From assembly GCF_046119375.1 (NCBI RefSeq), contig NW_027362763.1, positions 903,650,001 through 903,714,000 on the forward strand: 64,000 nt of DNA. The letters are read 5' to 3'. The position numbers and the translations under genes were made by a program. The DNA is from Phyllobates terribilis (Eukaryota). The notes under the pieces were generated by a model. It ran no database searches, was not told the origin of the DNA, and saw only the letters and a program-made list of their open reading frames with translations. Below, one piece after another: positions 33,894 through 47,238 of this stretch (position 1 is the stretch's first letter; each line of letters opens with the position of its first letter).

Positions 33894-35098
33894 TGTAGCA
33901 CCCTGAGGATTCGGCTGCTACAGGGGTATTGCACCTCAACCCAGAGGTGTGATATTCCACTCCCGGGTAAGGAAGGAGTGTGGAACTGAGCTCAGATAGA
34001 CTGCATGCACTACATACATCCCATTCCAGAGGAGCAGGCCGACGGTACTCCCACTTAGAAATGTGCAGGTACAACCGAGCCTGTTCCTGGCTGGAGTGGG
34101 AGGGGGGTGGTACATCCCATGTAGTGTAGGGGCAGATAGGGGGAGCAGTCTGGGTAGTGATAGGAGCTCATTGGGTGCTGGTCACCTGAGCTCACACATA
34201 GAGGGATATATAAGGAGGGCACCAACTTAGATCAGGGTCAGACGCTGAGAACAAGTCAGTTGGAGAGGAGAGAGAAGGAAACAGCAGCCCTGGAGAGAGA
34301 GAGAGTGGAGCAGAGAAAGACCCAGAGGGGGAAGACTGAAGGGACCCAAGAACCCAAATTAGAGCACCGGGTGAGGAGTCAGCAAGAGGGTACCGGAACC
34401 CAAGCTGGTGGGGGCAAAGACATTCCCCAGCCAGAGACCGGAGACCGTGGGCAGTGTCTGTCACGGTCACCCACCACATTCACCCCGAAGGCACACCACA
34501 TGAAGGGTCAGGGAACCCAGGGCCAAGGGTGTCCCAAAAGAAGGCCCGAGGGAGCTGGACCTAGGTGAATCACTGGTGGGGACGGCTGAAGAAAGGACAG
34601 AGGGAGAGCTCAGGGCCACGCTCTGGACTTGTTTGGGGGTTGGCCGGATCCAGGACCTGGTGGACGCAGCACGGCTCGGGTGGTCACTAGCAGCTGGAGT
34701 GACCAGTACAACATCAGCAGTAAGTAAACACCCTTAACTGCACAACCCGAGTCTGTCTTCATTGCCGGCTGCATCGCACCACCACAACCCCCATCCTCTG
34801 CGCCTGTCCCCTCTGAGGCTATACCCCTCCCGTTGGGGGTTATCTCACCAAGCTGCGCACCCACCATCAGCCTCAGCGGACCCTGCAGCAGCGGCGGCCA
34901 CAGTGACCGCATCACAACGGGTGGCGTAGTCGACACAAAAGAACTTTAGTAACATCTGTAAAGCTGCCACATCACACTGAGCTTGACGCCCTGGGCACGG
35001 GACCGGGTCACAGCCGCTCGGAGACTACAACCCCCCATCTGATCCGGTGCCGGGTATTCCCCTCAAAAAAAAAGGAATATGTCCCAGGGGGCGCGTCA
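33894..35098 (+). repeat. 3' LTR of element B
   Basis: Immediately follows the PPT, ends GCGCGTCA and is followed by TSD CATG. Confidence 0.93.
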
Positions 35099-36867
35099 CA
35101 TGTACATAAAGTTTCCCAAAAAGAACCCCATTCTATTTGGCATCAAAAACGCTGAAACAAATTTTGATGCATTTTTGGTGCGTTTTTTAAGCGTTTTTTT
35201 TCACCATCCATTACTTCCTATGGGTGAAAAAACACAGAAAAAATGTTAAAAGAAGTGACATGCTCTATTTTCCAAAAACAATGCAAGGCACAAAATCCTG
35301 AACAAAAAAAAACCATGATGTGTGAACTAAGAATTCTGAAATCTGGTACTGCAAAAGGCAGCAGAAAATTTGCATAAAAAAAGGCATTAAAAAACGTTGA
35401 AAAACCATGACGTGTGAATATAGCCTAATGGTCTTTGCACAGTGTTCTCTGAAGGGACAAGAGTCTGTTCTTTGAATCTCTATATAGTACGTATTCCTAT
35501 CAGATATATTATTTTTTATTCACTTTCTGGAGTTTGTAGGGTTAGGAAACCTATGAGTTATATACAGCCACGAATGCCAAATCAATTGATGGGTTACAAC
35601 TCCTAGACAAAGAGTCAACATTTATATAGTAATTTCAAACCACCTGATCTCATTATATAAAGAGCTAAGTAGGCAAGCTGCTAAAATATGTACTCTTACC
35701 CATTCAAAGTGCCAACCACTACTTCTCCCTTGTGTCTAACCTGGTGCTTACTGCCTGTTGTTAAGTGTAATCTATCAAGCAGTGAAGATACCAAAACAGA
35801 TTACAGAAAGTAGGGATGGGTCATTGTCTATCTGCTTCTTCTTTCCTTTCTGTCAAACTGCATACAGTTGTAACAGGGATGCTGGCTATTAGTTTGAGCC
35901 TTTCAAACTACTAATCAAACCTTGTGTAATGCATGATAGAAAGTTAAGGAAAGAAAATTTCAGCACCTATAGTGCTAGAGGACAGGGATGAAAACTAGTA
36001 TGTGCTCCAAAAGTAATTTTAAATTATTGTTGATGAGGGCAGCATGCTACAAGTGTTATGTGAAAAGGCAGGTATGTGTAATATCTAGTGATGAGAGAGC
36101 ATGCTCGTTACTCCAGATTTACGAGCATGCTCGGGTGTTTTCCAAGTATCTTCAGCGTGCTCGGGTATTATGTTTTAGTCACTCTGCGCTCATGATTTGC
36201 GACTGTTTGACAGCTTTAATACATGTGAGGAATGCCTGTTTCTTAGGCATTTCTCACATGTATTAAAGCTGTCAAACAGTCGCAAATCATGAGCACGGAG
36301 TGACTGAAACATAACACCCAAGCACGCTGAAGATACTCGGCGAGCACCCGAACATGCTCGCTGAAAGGGTTAATAGAACATACTCGCTCATCACTAGTTA
36401 AAACTTCTGCAGAAGAGGAAAAGCCATTAAACCCCCTCAAGTGGTAGGGCCTGGTTGTGACCACAGCTCCTGTTGCCCCTATTTGTACACCTCTGCCTGG
36501 ATCAGGAACTGGACTGAAGAAATAAAGATGCTAAACTATATGTTTGTTGTAAGTTTTATGTTCTGTACACTTTAGGAAATGACTTTGTAAACACATTAAA
36601 CAGCTGCAGGAGAATACCCACTGAACCTAACAAGCACCCATATTACAGCATGGCGTCACTCCACTTTAATGGAACAGAGAAATTGGTGAAAAAACAAGAA
36701 TAATCTTACACATTAATAGCTTCCTTGTCTCTCATTGCAATTTTAACATTCCAACATATGTTGTCAATAAGAAACACATGAGTTATTTGTTCTTACAGAT
36801 GAACAATAGTCTAAATGATACCAGAGGGAGAAAAATGACAGAAGAACATTTGTGAAACCATACTCAC

Positions 36868-37488
36868 CACAACTAAGGTTGCTTTCTGCTTTTCTTGCCC
36901 ATGGTGGGATGTTCCATAAGTCGTTTTCCCAATTTATAACATTTCCCTTTATTTCACAGCTGAGGTTTGCAAGAGTACGTGAATCCATTGCAAAGTCCCA
37001 AAGACGGAAGTTGTAAATATCCCCTTGTAGTGGCTCTATTCCAGAACTGCAGGAGCCCAGTGTTAAATTCCCATTACCTGGAATGGAAAGGTCTTTCGCG
37101 TCTGGACAGGAAACGGCTTTGTAGCTATTTTTTGTGCTCACAAATACATGATCTGAACTACTATTCCAGATAACACACAGCTGTTGAAATGATTCTGTAA
37201 AGAAGTCTGTACTGCCATCTAAAAGCAGGGCAGGATCAAGAATGCATGGAACATCCAAGACAGTCAACACATGTCCATAAGCTTCTTTTCCAAAGCTTAA
37301 ACGGTCTTTGTTTGAGGTTTGGTAAGAAAAAGCCTTCCAGTTCTCTTTGCTATTGTTCGTTTTGGTAGCCTCAAAGCAAATAGTTAATTGTTTTAAAAGG
37401 GGAACAGATACTTTCGATGACAAAGAGACAAGACCTGAACTTTGGTTTTGTGGAATAGTGACTTTTTGGTTTTGCAACGACACAGCGA
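36868..37488 (-). CDS. Same adhesion GPCR, pentraxin/LamG-like (PTX) exon (621 bp, phase 1-1)
   Basis: Acceptor ttttttcatag| and donor |gtgagt. Translates as VAVSLQNQKV...LTICFEATK...WKAFSY...QQLCVIWN...GDIYNFRLWDF...KGNVINWENDLWNIP...KAESNLSCG, matching the ADGRG6 PTX exon (VAVSLRNQKV...GDIYNFRLWNF...KAESNLSCG). Confidence 0.93.
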
Positions 37489-39803
37489 CTATGAAAAAAA
37501 AAAGAAAATAGAAATTAATTCCAAAATCATGAAGCAAATTAACATTACATTTTCAGGAATAATCTATCAATTGGTGGTGAAGCAATATGAATAAATCCTT
37601 ATATTAATTAACAAACAACTTATATGTTCACCATAGAATATTCTTTTAATTGATATACTTATAGAGAAGGTATTGCTACTTCTTTAAAGGGGTTGTACTA
37701 TTAGGACAATTATAGCTCATATGTCCCATTTGTCCAAATGAACATCATAGTGATGGTCCTTTGCTCCGGCTAACCATCTATTAATAAAAGTGAGGAGCTG
37801 CTGTAAAAGAGGACTATGGAATAAAACATTTCTCCAGCAGTGACTGATGTAGATGAAATGTGCTTCTGGAGAGATAACAGTTGATTGCGGGGGATTTCAG
37901 ACTTTGAACCTCTAAGGTCCAAGCAAATTTTACTCTTAAGAACCACACATAATTGTTTTCTACATCAAGATTGTTACAATACAATGGTGTGCAGACTAAG
38001 AGCTCATGCAAGATATATTATTTTAGTGGATTGTCTTCCGTATATTACAATATTATAAAATTATTACATCAAGCTCTCGGCAGATCTTAAAGAGGTTGTC
38101 TCAAGCTCTTAATTGGTTAAAATGTCAAATAACTTGTAAAAACAAGCAACTTTGCAATCTACTTCATAGTAAAAATCGTTTCCACTCTCGACAGAGGGAT
38201 TTTTAATTTTATAGATTACTGCACGTTGACTAGGTTATTTGCCGCCCTGTAGTGGCCAGTTACCTAAGTAAGGAGCATGCAGCACTTATATGATCTATGT
38301 TAAAGAGCATGCATGTGCTGCTCTAAATCAGGCTGGTGAGAGCGTGGGACGGTGCTCAAGTTGACAAAAGCAGTTCAGCTATCTGCTGGTCTGATCTGTC
38401 AATCTTCACGAGTGCACTGCTCCCTGCAACCAGGAAGTCAGGAATTTGGGGAGCAGTGCGCTCATGAAGAAGAAGATTGGAACACTCCTTTAAAGGGGTT
38501 GTCCAGAAAAAATAATCTTTGTCCATGGGATGAAATATGTAAAAAATAACAAACTTAGCCATAATCACCTACCAGCATCTATCTGGATACATAGCAGGCC
38601 TCTCCATAGTCTGCACAGAGTGGGTGACGATTGGTGAGTATGGCCGAACTGACCTTTTTTTATCTTGCTCAGACAACCCGTTTAACTGCTGTGACGTGTG
38701 ACATTTACAACATAGGTTGTTAAGGAAAGTATGAAGCTGGCTCAGGAGCTGAACCTTTTTCATACCAAGCAGATGCCAGCTGTGTTTCATAGCTGGCATC
38801 TGCCTTTAACAGCAGCGACCATAATCTGCTGTGATCACTGCAGCTTAACCACTTATTAATTATTATGCCACTATTAATCTATGATGACGCGATTATGGTG
38901 AACCATATGAGGACTGGTGAAGGTACTGAAACTACCATCTAGGCCCTCCTAAGCTATCAAACTATTGCAAGCACAAGTCAATGACAAGACAAAAAAATAC
39001 AGTAAAAGTAAAAAAAAAGTTATAAAAAATAAAAAAAGTTAAACAACCCTGTTATTTCCCAATCAAAAGTAAAGAAATAAAAATAAATAAACATGTGTGG
39101 TATCATGATATAAAAAAGTCCAGTCTATTAAAATTTAAAATGGTTTAAATCAGATGTTAAACAAAAAAGAAAATAAAACGGAAGCGCTAGAATTTTCGTT
39201 CACTGCACTTTGCAAAAAAAATGCAAATAATAACATTCAAACTGTCAGATGTATCCCATAATTGTATCACTAAAAACATCAGCTCAGGGCCCCCAAAAAA
39301 GCCCCGACACATGGATAGATTTTTATTTTTCAACAAATTTCATAATTTTTTTCACAACTAATATGTAAAAAAAAATGGGACCAGTTTGGTATTGCTGTAA
39401 TCATACTAATCTGAAGAATCAGGTTGCCAGTTTATTTTTTCTATATAATGAATGTTGTAGAAACAAAACCCAATAAAAACAACTACTACTTTTTTTTTCA
39501 CAATTTCACTGCACTTGGATTTTTTTTTCCCGCTTTCCATTACATCCTATGGTAAAATGAATGCCAATATTCAAAACTGCAACTTGTCCTGCAAGAAAAA
39601 GCCTTCATATGGCTATGTCGATGGAAAAATATAAAACCGTTTTGGCTCTTGGAAAAAGGGGGAGAAAAAAAACAAAGGTGCTAAAAAGAAAAATTCCTGA
39701 GTCCTTAACGGCTTAACTTATATGTTGCCTTTTAGCAAACTTTTTCTTCAGTAATCTCAGGTAAGGTAAAGTAAATTCACAAACTGAATCCATTCATACT
39801 TAC

Positions 39804-40145
39804 CGATATTATATGTGATTGAAAATCCTTTCTTCTGAATGCTAAAGTCACTTACAAAAGTAATGATCATCACATCTCCAGTTGAATTAAAGGAGAGACC
39901 TTTAGCTGTAATTCCGCAAAATTTTGAAATAGTTTCCCCGTTGTTTATTGAGAGAGAATCGTACATGCAGTTCTGAGCTTCTTCAACTTCAAAGTCCACA
40001 AACGTGATATGTATTATAAATCCAATCGGTGCACGTATTACCCACCGGCAATCCTGACTGTTGGGGTACATTTCAGGGTAGCATGGTGAGTTGAAGGATC
40101 CGGAAGGGGCAGTAAGTTCTAACTTACAATTGGCACAGCCTAATA
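39804..40145 (-). CDS. Adhesion GPCR (ADGRG6/GPR126- or ADGRG2-type), CUB-domain exon (342 bp, phase 1-1)
   Basis: Minus-strand acceptor ttatccaacag| and donor |gtaagt. Translates as [40 protein letters not shown]...[16 protein letters not shown]...[10 protein letters not shown], closely matching the ADGRG6 CUB domain as I recall it (GCANC...SPCYP..YPNSQ...[12 protein letters not shown]...[10 protein letters not shown]). Symbol withheld because orthology (adgrg6 vs non-mammalian adgrg2) cannot be settled here. Confidence 0.93.
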
Positions 40146-43100
40146 CTGTTGGATAAAAAAAAGATATAAAAATATGTTAGATAGATCAATATATATGAAA
40201 TACAGGCATAAAAGAAACATCAAATATTCTCAAAAATGGATGCATTACTTGTATACAACTAAAGCTGTGTTGCATCCATAATACAGTCGTATTCTGCTTT
40301 GGACCCATATTGTGCTTTTTATGTGTGCCTCACATTTTACATAGAGGTACAGAGAATTTTTTTCTCAAGAATTCTGTGAGACTGTGCCAGAACTAAATAG
40401 TGGCATGCAACATCACATGCTGTTGTACTTAGATTTTCTCCCCTAGAAGCAAAGCCTAGAGAAATATATGGTGCCTCAAGAGGCACCATACAGAGGACCA
40501 TCATGCTCTGTTCATAAGCACTTTGCCTGCAGTTTTGTTACGTAAGAAGGAGAATACCATATATAAATATACAGGAGTTTAGTGAAACAAAGGATTTCCA
40601 GTTATAAGGTACCTACGTAATGAAGCACCCAACAACATATGCCAGAATCCAGATGTCACGGGCACGATTAAGACGCACAACAAACTTGGCTACTCTCCAA
40701 TTTATGTGTTTTAGACTTTCTTTTTGGTTTATAGTGCTTTATGTGTCTTGCTCCCTTCAAAACCCTTTTAGATAGGTAGCAACCATATTCTTTTTTATTA
40801 TTTCTATAGTCTGTTGGCAGGGGCATAACTATAATGCGTGCAAGGGTTGCAATCGCACCTGGGCCCTAGAGCTTATGGTGCCCAAAGAGTCCCAAGGGCC
40901 CATATGGAAAGACAACTACTATTAAAGACTTGCAATAGTTGGGAGTCCTGTTGGAGCTTTTGGATTGGGGCCCACAAGCTTCAAGTTATTCAACTGTCTG
41001 TTGGTACTGTACAGTATATGGAAGATTTTCCATTTTTGCCCTGTTTATATCAACAGTACATGAACCTTTCCATCACAGATGCAGCAAAACAAATGCCTAT
41101 CTCTGAATACAAATAGCATTATCTAGGCTCATTTTATCCCATGCTGAAAACTGCCTAAACTCGTCTGACAGCAGTGTTCACAAAAAAAGGGACAAAAATA
41201 CAGCAAGGCAATATGACATTAACAGAAGTTATTAGAAGGCATATTCATGTAAAGATACAGGGTATGTCACACATAACCCACATATGTCAATATGCCTAGG
41301 GGCCTCGAAGAATGAACATCCTCGCACGTATAAGTACTTTAATATTTTCTCTGATCACACATCAGGTCATAAAAACACATTTATTACAACCGCATATCAC
41401 AAAGTAGTACATATCGCAATATAGTAAAAAAAAAAAAAAGCCACAACTTCTCGGTTTCTAAAAATTCAGTTAAGTATGCAATAGTCAGTAAAACATGGTT
41501 TCCAAAATCCAAATTTTCTTTCTAATTTTCACATGACTAGAGATTGGTAAATTTATTAGAATGGAATCGAATTCTACTCAAATATTACAAAAAACTGCTT
41601 TCGACAACATGCAGATTTCTGATAATTCGCCTCCACGCGGATTCAGCAAAAGTTGTGGCTGGCTAGCCACCATTTTACTCCTGTAAAGGGCCATCAAAAG
41701 GTTAAAAATAAAAAAAGAAACTTATACTCCCCTTATTACTCACCTCTTCTGGTCCTCCACTCTTCACCAACTCTCGTTCGGTCCTTGAAATATATTATTA
41801 GCATTACTGCGGAACGCAGAATCCCAGTGCCCCTCACACTAGGCTGGGACTTCCGGCTCTAGTAGGGCCTGAGACGTTTACACACATGCACGCACAAGGT
41901 AAGAACATCAGGAATTGTGATCTTACACAGAAACGTCCCAGGACACATCAGAGACACAAGTCCAGTACTAGTATGAATATGCCTGGGGATTCAGTGATCG
42001 GCGGCGGTGATAAGAAGTTGCAAAGAGGACCAAAAGGGGGCAGTGAAGAGTGGATTGGCCGAAGTGATCAGTGAGATGAGTATAAGGATTTTTTTTCATT
42101 TTCTACATCTTATTTTTATTATACTCTGCAGTCAGGAGAGACCCCAGCAAGTAAGGGACATTCAATTCACAGGGAATAACTTTTACTGCAAAGAGAATTT
42201 CTCTGGAAGATCCACGCAATTTGACGAATTCAAATTTTGTCAGATCCACTCATCTCTACACATGAAATTAAATAATAATAATAATAATTTTATTTATGTA
42301 GAGCCAACATATTTTACAGTTAAGCGGGGACATGTACAGACAATAAAGACATTACAAAGTAATACATAGTTCAACAGCTACAGTAGGAGTGAGGGTCCAG
42401 CTCACAAGTTTACAATCTATAATGAAATATGGATAGGTAGAACATGCACGTTATGTATGGTCCAGACCCCATTAATATTATGAAATATGAAATAATAATA
42501 TTATTATTAATTATTATGCAATTGAGTATATTTTTTTTAGATATAAAGTCTTATGAAAAAGTATTTTCACCATTACAATTGGTTGGTTTACTTCAGTTTT
42601 GTCACAGTAAAGAATTTATGATCAGGTTATTTCCCCTCTTTAAGGTTATTGCATTCTACGCTCTTCAAAATTCAGAGTCAAAAGCAAACTCCAACTAGTA
42701 GTTTATTGTGGGTTTATAATACAGCATCTGTCAAGTTATTAAAAGCTCAGAACTAACTAATAGCAGTCCTATTGCATTTACACAGAATGTTCTGATTATG
42801 TGACAACACGATTCCTTTCCAAATAGGATCAAAAGTGTTCGCAAATATAACAGCATGTTCATATGGTTCATGAAAAAAAAGGCACATTAAAACAATGTGA
42901 GCCAGAAGTAGTGGAAAAAAAATTATCGAGAGGCCTTCTCTAAAACTATGCTTTGTGCGAACCTGGCACTGTTTTTTCTAAAATTAAATTACCTAGAATA
43001 TGAAAATTTTTTAAATATCTGCCATGGAAAGTAACGAATCTTGGCCAGGGCTGGGAGAAATGCTTTTAATAAAATTGTTACAGACGTCTTCAGGGTATAT

Positions 43101-45734
43101 ATAAATGGATAAACAATAAATGGCATTTTCCTCTGGTATGTAGGCTGGTAATGACATTTTAATATTTGCGTGAATATTGTATTAACATTGTCATTCATTT
43201 CAATAGACCTTTCCTTATAAGTCCGATTTCCAGTGACAAAAAGTTTGGCGCAGTGCCTAAAGGGTCTGAGTGCTTTCTATAGCCCTTTAATTCTGAAAAG
43301 TAGTGAAAATGAATGATGGTCCACATTCTCAGACTAACAATATGGTCTTTTCCACTGTGTGTGTTATACATTAGAGAATAATTTTAAATGGATTTCACCT
43401 TGAAAAGGGTTGTCCGATCTTAAGCTACAAAGTCTTCAAGCATTCTACGTGACTACAGACTTGTGAATCCTCACAGTGCGTGCCCCAGTGCCAGTGCGGA
43501 AGCGGCAGGCGCATGACAGCAAGTTTGCGATTTGTATACATGCGGTCACATGCCGACTAGAAGGGCGCAGCCTCTCTCAATGCAGATGTATTGAGCGAGG
43601 CTGGACACAGTCTAGTCGGAATGTGACGGGAAGTAAGAAAATCACATACTTGTGATCACATGAGTGCCCAATCCTTAAGCACACAATGCCCTTGTAATGT
43701 GAGAATTCACAGCTGCAGAAAGAATAGAACTTCATTTTCTCATTGCAGACACATTTTCAATAGTACTGGTGCATGTGTTTAAAATGCCATTTACCAGTAG
43801 ATCACCACTAAGGATGGAGGTAAATACCACTTTTTTCTTGTTCCCAGGTTCCCTATAATATGGAGAATATTCCGAAATGACCTTTAAAATGTATCTGTCA
43901 CCTGCTAAACTATCTATATGGGCATGCAGCTCTTTCAGAGAAAAGTAGAGTAATACCTTTAAATGGCCAGTTCATTCCTCCATCACTGAGAAATCAGAGT
44001 TTGAATTGATATGCAAATGAGGCTGAAGGACTCTGTCACTCCAGCTCTTTACACCACCTCCTCCTCCTGCTTGACTGACAGCCTCCATGCTGTGCAACTA
44101 GACGTGTACTTTCTGTATGATCCACCCAATAGGAACATCATCTGTAACCAGCAAGTCATAGCTGACTACTGCGGTAGATATTCAAAGCAGAGCGATGTCT
44201 TTGCATAAACACAGGGTACAATGAAGTTTACTACCACAAGCCTATTGTTTTGTTAACCACAGATAGATTCACATGATGCAAATTCTGTATTTACTAACCT
44301 TCATGCGGCTACTACTACTTTTTCATCAGGTTGGATTAATATTTGATAACCTGAATATAACAGTAAAGATTCTTATCCAGTGAACCCTTGTCATGCCACT
44401 GAGCATATATCATTTGAACATATCTACACATAAAATTCTTTCTGCTGAAGCATATCAAAATTATATATTAAAAGTAAAAATGAATTTTCGAACAAAAAAC
44501 ATTTTTTGGAATTTTATATATTAGGGCAGGTGCAGACAATATTACTTAAGGTCCGACAAAACATCGTTAGTCTATGGGACATGTTCGAGTTTTTACTCAG
44601 ACAGAATCTGCCAGAGGAAAAAATCTCTGCATGCCCAAGTTTGATCCAATAGTCTGAGTCTGTGGAAACTATTGGACAGAACTTGATTGACATCTGAGTG
44701 CAGTCCAATTTCCACAGACTGACATAATGGAGAAGATGGAGAATTTTTTTTTGCAGATTTCTGCTCCTATTAGCTAAATTTGGTTACTTGCACTTTTCCA
44801 TTGCGCTTTTGGGTGCGTTTTTTTTTACATGTTGTTTTATGGCATTTTTTACATTTTTTGTCTCTTCTTGGTATGTTCTATTTTAAATCAGCTGCTTTGT
44901 TTTTGATACTTCATGGTATTTGGCATTCACAAAACTTTACGTATACAGTCGTGTGCGGATTGCGATTTCCTCAGCAACAATGCAGTAAAAACACATATGC
45001 ATTTTTTACCTGCAGATTTTCCACATATAATTTAATAGAGAAAATCTGCAAATAAAACTCAGCGTACCTGCAAGACAGGTTGACATTGTGGATTTTAAAA
45101 ATGCACCGCAGGTCAGTACATGCAGCATAAAAAAAACACAGAGGGCATGAGATTTCGATAAATCCTATCCACTTAGCTGGAAAAGTAACACGCTGCATTT
45201 TTTCCACAACAAAAGTACGCAGCTTCAAAACCTTCATACTCTGCCTGAATTTAAATCATGTTTTATGGAAATAAAATTAATTTTTGGCTAACTTTCTAAT
45301 TTTTCCTACCAGATAACAACATGGGAATTGTTTTTTTGGGCGAAACAAGTTGTATTTTATTTTGGAACCATGTTGGGGTACATATTATTTGATTTGTATA
45401 GTTACTATTTATAGAGAAATGGGGGGAAAAAACACATTTTTCACAATTTTTTGTGAAACTTTTTGGGCTATTTCAAAAATGTCAACCTTTTCCTTACAAA
45501 AAAAAATAATGAGGCCCTTGTGGTGCAGAGTTTTGTTATACTACGTTTTCTTACTTGAATTCAAGTTTATGTTGTCCTCTTAAGGGACTAGAAGCTGCGA
45601 TCCTTAGATCACTTATATACTGCTTTGGAATATATTGCACTTTGACATGACGTGAAAGGTAGATGCCTCCAGCAGACCTGGTACCATTGTCAGGCTTTGG
45701 ACTGTCATAATAAAACATCAGTCCCCAGCGATTA

Positions 45735-47238
45735 CCGTATTTTTCAGACCATAAGACGCACTTTTTTCCTCCAAAATTTTGGAGGAAAATTGGGGGTGCG
45801 TCTTATGGTCCGAATGTTGGGGGGGGGTATATATTTATGTGTGGTGTGGGGGGGAGCGGTAGCGGTGGAGGAGCGGGGCACAGGAGGCAGCAGCCGCCTG
45901 CTGCAGCCTTCACTGTCCCCGCTGCTAAAGAAAATGAATATTCACTGCTCCCCACACCCATGGGGCGTGGGGAGCACTGAATATTCATGCTCCTTAATAG
46001 CGGTATACAGTGTAGCCACGCTGAGGCTGCTGCTGCTGCCGGCTATCTCCTGTGCCCGCTGTTAAAGGGCATGAATATTCAACCTCTCTCCACACCCATG
46101 GGTGTGGGGAGGGGGTGAATATTCATGCCCTTTAATGAGCGGGCACAGGAGATAGCCGGCAGTAGCAGCAGCCGCAGCGCAGCTCCGCTGTGTGCCGGCT
46201 ATGAAGGAGAGTGAAGTCACTGCTCCCCGCACACACATACCCAGCGTGGGGAGCAGTGACTTCCGGCAGGTGAGCTCTCCTTGTGAGCCACGCATGGCAG
46301 TGACGTCATGCGTGGCTCACATGGAGAGAACAGTGCAGGCAGACCGAACGCAGCGCTGGAGGAGAGAAGAAAGGTGAGTAGGAGTGTTTATTTTTTTTAA
46401 TGTGCAGCCTGATGGGGATTAGGAGTGCCATGCATACTAGGCAGGGATTAGGGGTGCCATGCATACCAGGACAGGGATGAGGGGTGCCATGCATACTAGG
46501 ACAGGGATTAGGGGTGCCATGCATACCAGGACAGGGATGAGGGGTGCCATGCATACTAGGACAGGGATTAGGGGTGCCATGCATACCAGGACAAGGATGA
46601 GGGGTGTCATGCATACCAGGACAGGGATTAGGGGTGCCAAGCATACCAGGACAGGGATGAGGGGTGCCATACATACCAGGACAGGGATGAGGGGTGCCAT
46701 GCATACCAGGACAGGGATGAGGGGTGTCATGCATACCAGGACAGGGATGAGGGGTGCCATGCATACCAGGACAGGGATGAGGGGTGTCATGCATACCAGG
46801 ACAGGGATGAGGGGTGCCATGCATACCAGGACAGGGATGAGGGGTGCCATGCATACCAGGATAGGGATGATGGGTGCCATGCATACCAGGACAGGGATTA
46901 GGGGTGCCATGCATACCAGGACAGGGATAAGGGGTGCCATGCATATCAGGATAGGTATGAGGGGTGCCATGCATACCAGGATGGAGGGATGCCAGGCATA
47001 CCAGGATGAGGATGGGGACCACATATAAAAGAAAGGAGGGCGGCATATATACCAGGATGGGGGATATTGTCAGAATTGGGGGACATTACCCCTATACCAG
47101 TGTCAGCAGAAGACCCCCTCCCCCTTAAAAGTGCATCATGACCACATTTTTTGCTTCAATTTTTATTTTTTTATTTTCCTCCTCTAAAACCTAGGTGCGT
47201 CTTATGGTCCGGTGCGTCTTATAGTCCGAAAAATACGG
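45735..47238. mobile_element. Non-autonomous Tc1/mariner-superfamily (pogo-like) element, 1,504 bp
   Basis: TIRs CCGTATTTTTC(A/G)GAC(C/T)ATAAGACGCAC with TA TSD; no transposase; internal hairpins and a minisatellite. Confidence 0.75.
46420..46995. repeat. 30-bp minisatellite, about 19 copies
   Basis: Unit GCATACCAGGACAGGGAT(G/T)AGGGGTGCCAT repeated in tandem. Confidence 0.92.

Larger units (their letters stand above)
30135..35098 (+). mobile_element. Full-length non-autonomous LTR retroelement (element B, 4,964 bp) with intact cold-shock-domain ORF
   Basis: 1,205-bp direct repeats at 30135-31339 and 33894-35098 (TGTAGC...CGTCA), TSD CATG, PBS at 31344-31362, PPT AGGGGGGAA at 33885-33893. 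No RT, integrase, protease or CCHC motifs recognised. Confidence 0.95.
29955..35425. mobile_element. Same-family PIF/Harbinger-like MITE (about 500 bp) interrupted by element B
   Basis: TIRs GGCTATGTTCACAC / GTGTGAATATAGCC with TAA TSD; interior is the reverse complement of the 794-2324 MITE. Confidence 0.72.

Noticed and set aside
36764-37537. 257-aa ORF as a standalone gene
   Set aside because: Its ends are intronic read-through; only 36868-37488 is the PTX exon.
46306-47046. Long repetitive ORFs on both strands (PHPCPGMHGT, MAPLIPVLVC and MHTRTGMRGA repeats)
   Set aside because: They are a by-product of a stop-free 30-bp minisatellite inside a non-autonomous transposon, with no splice or domain evidence.
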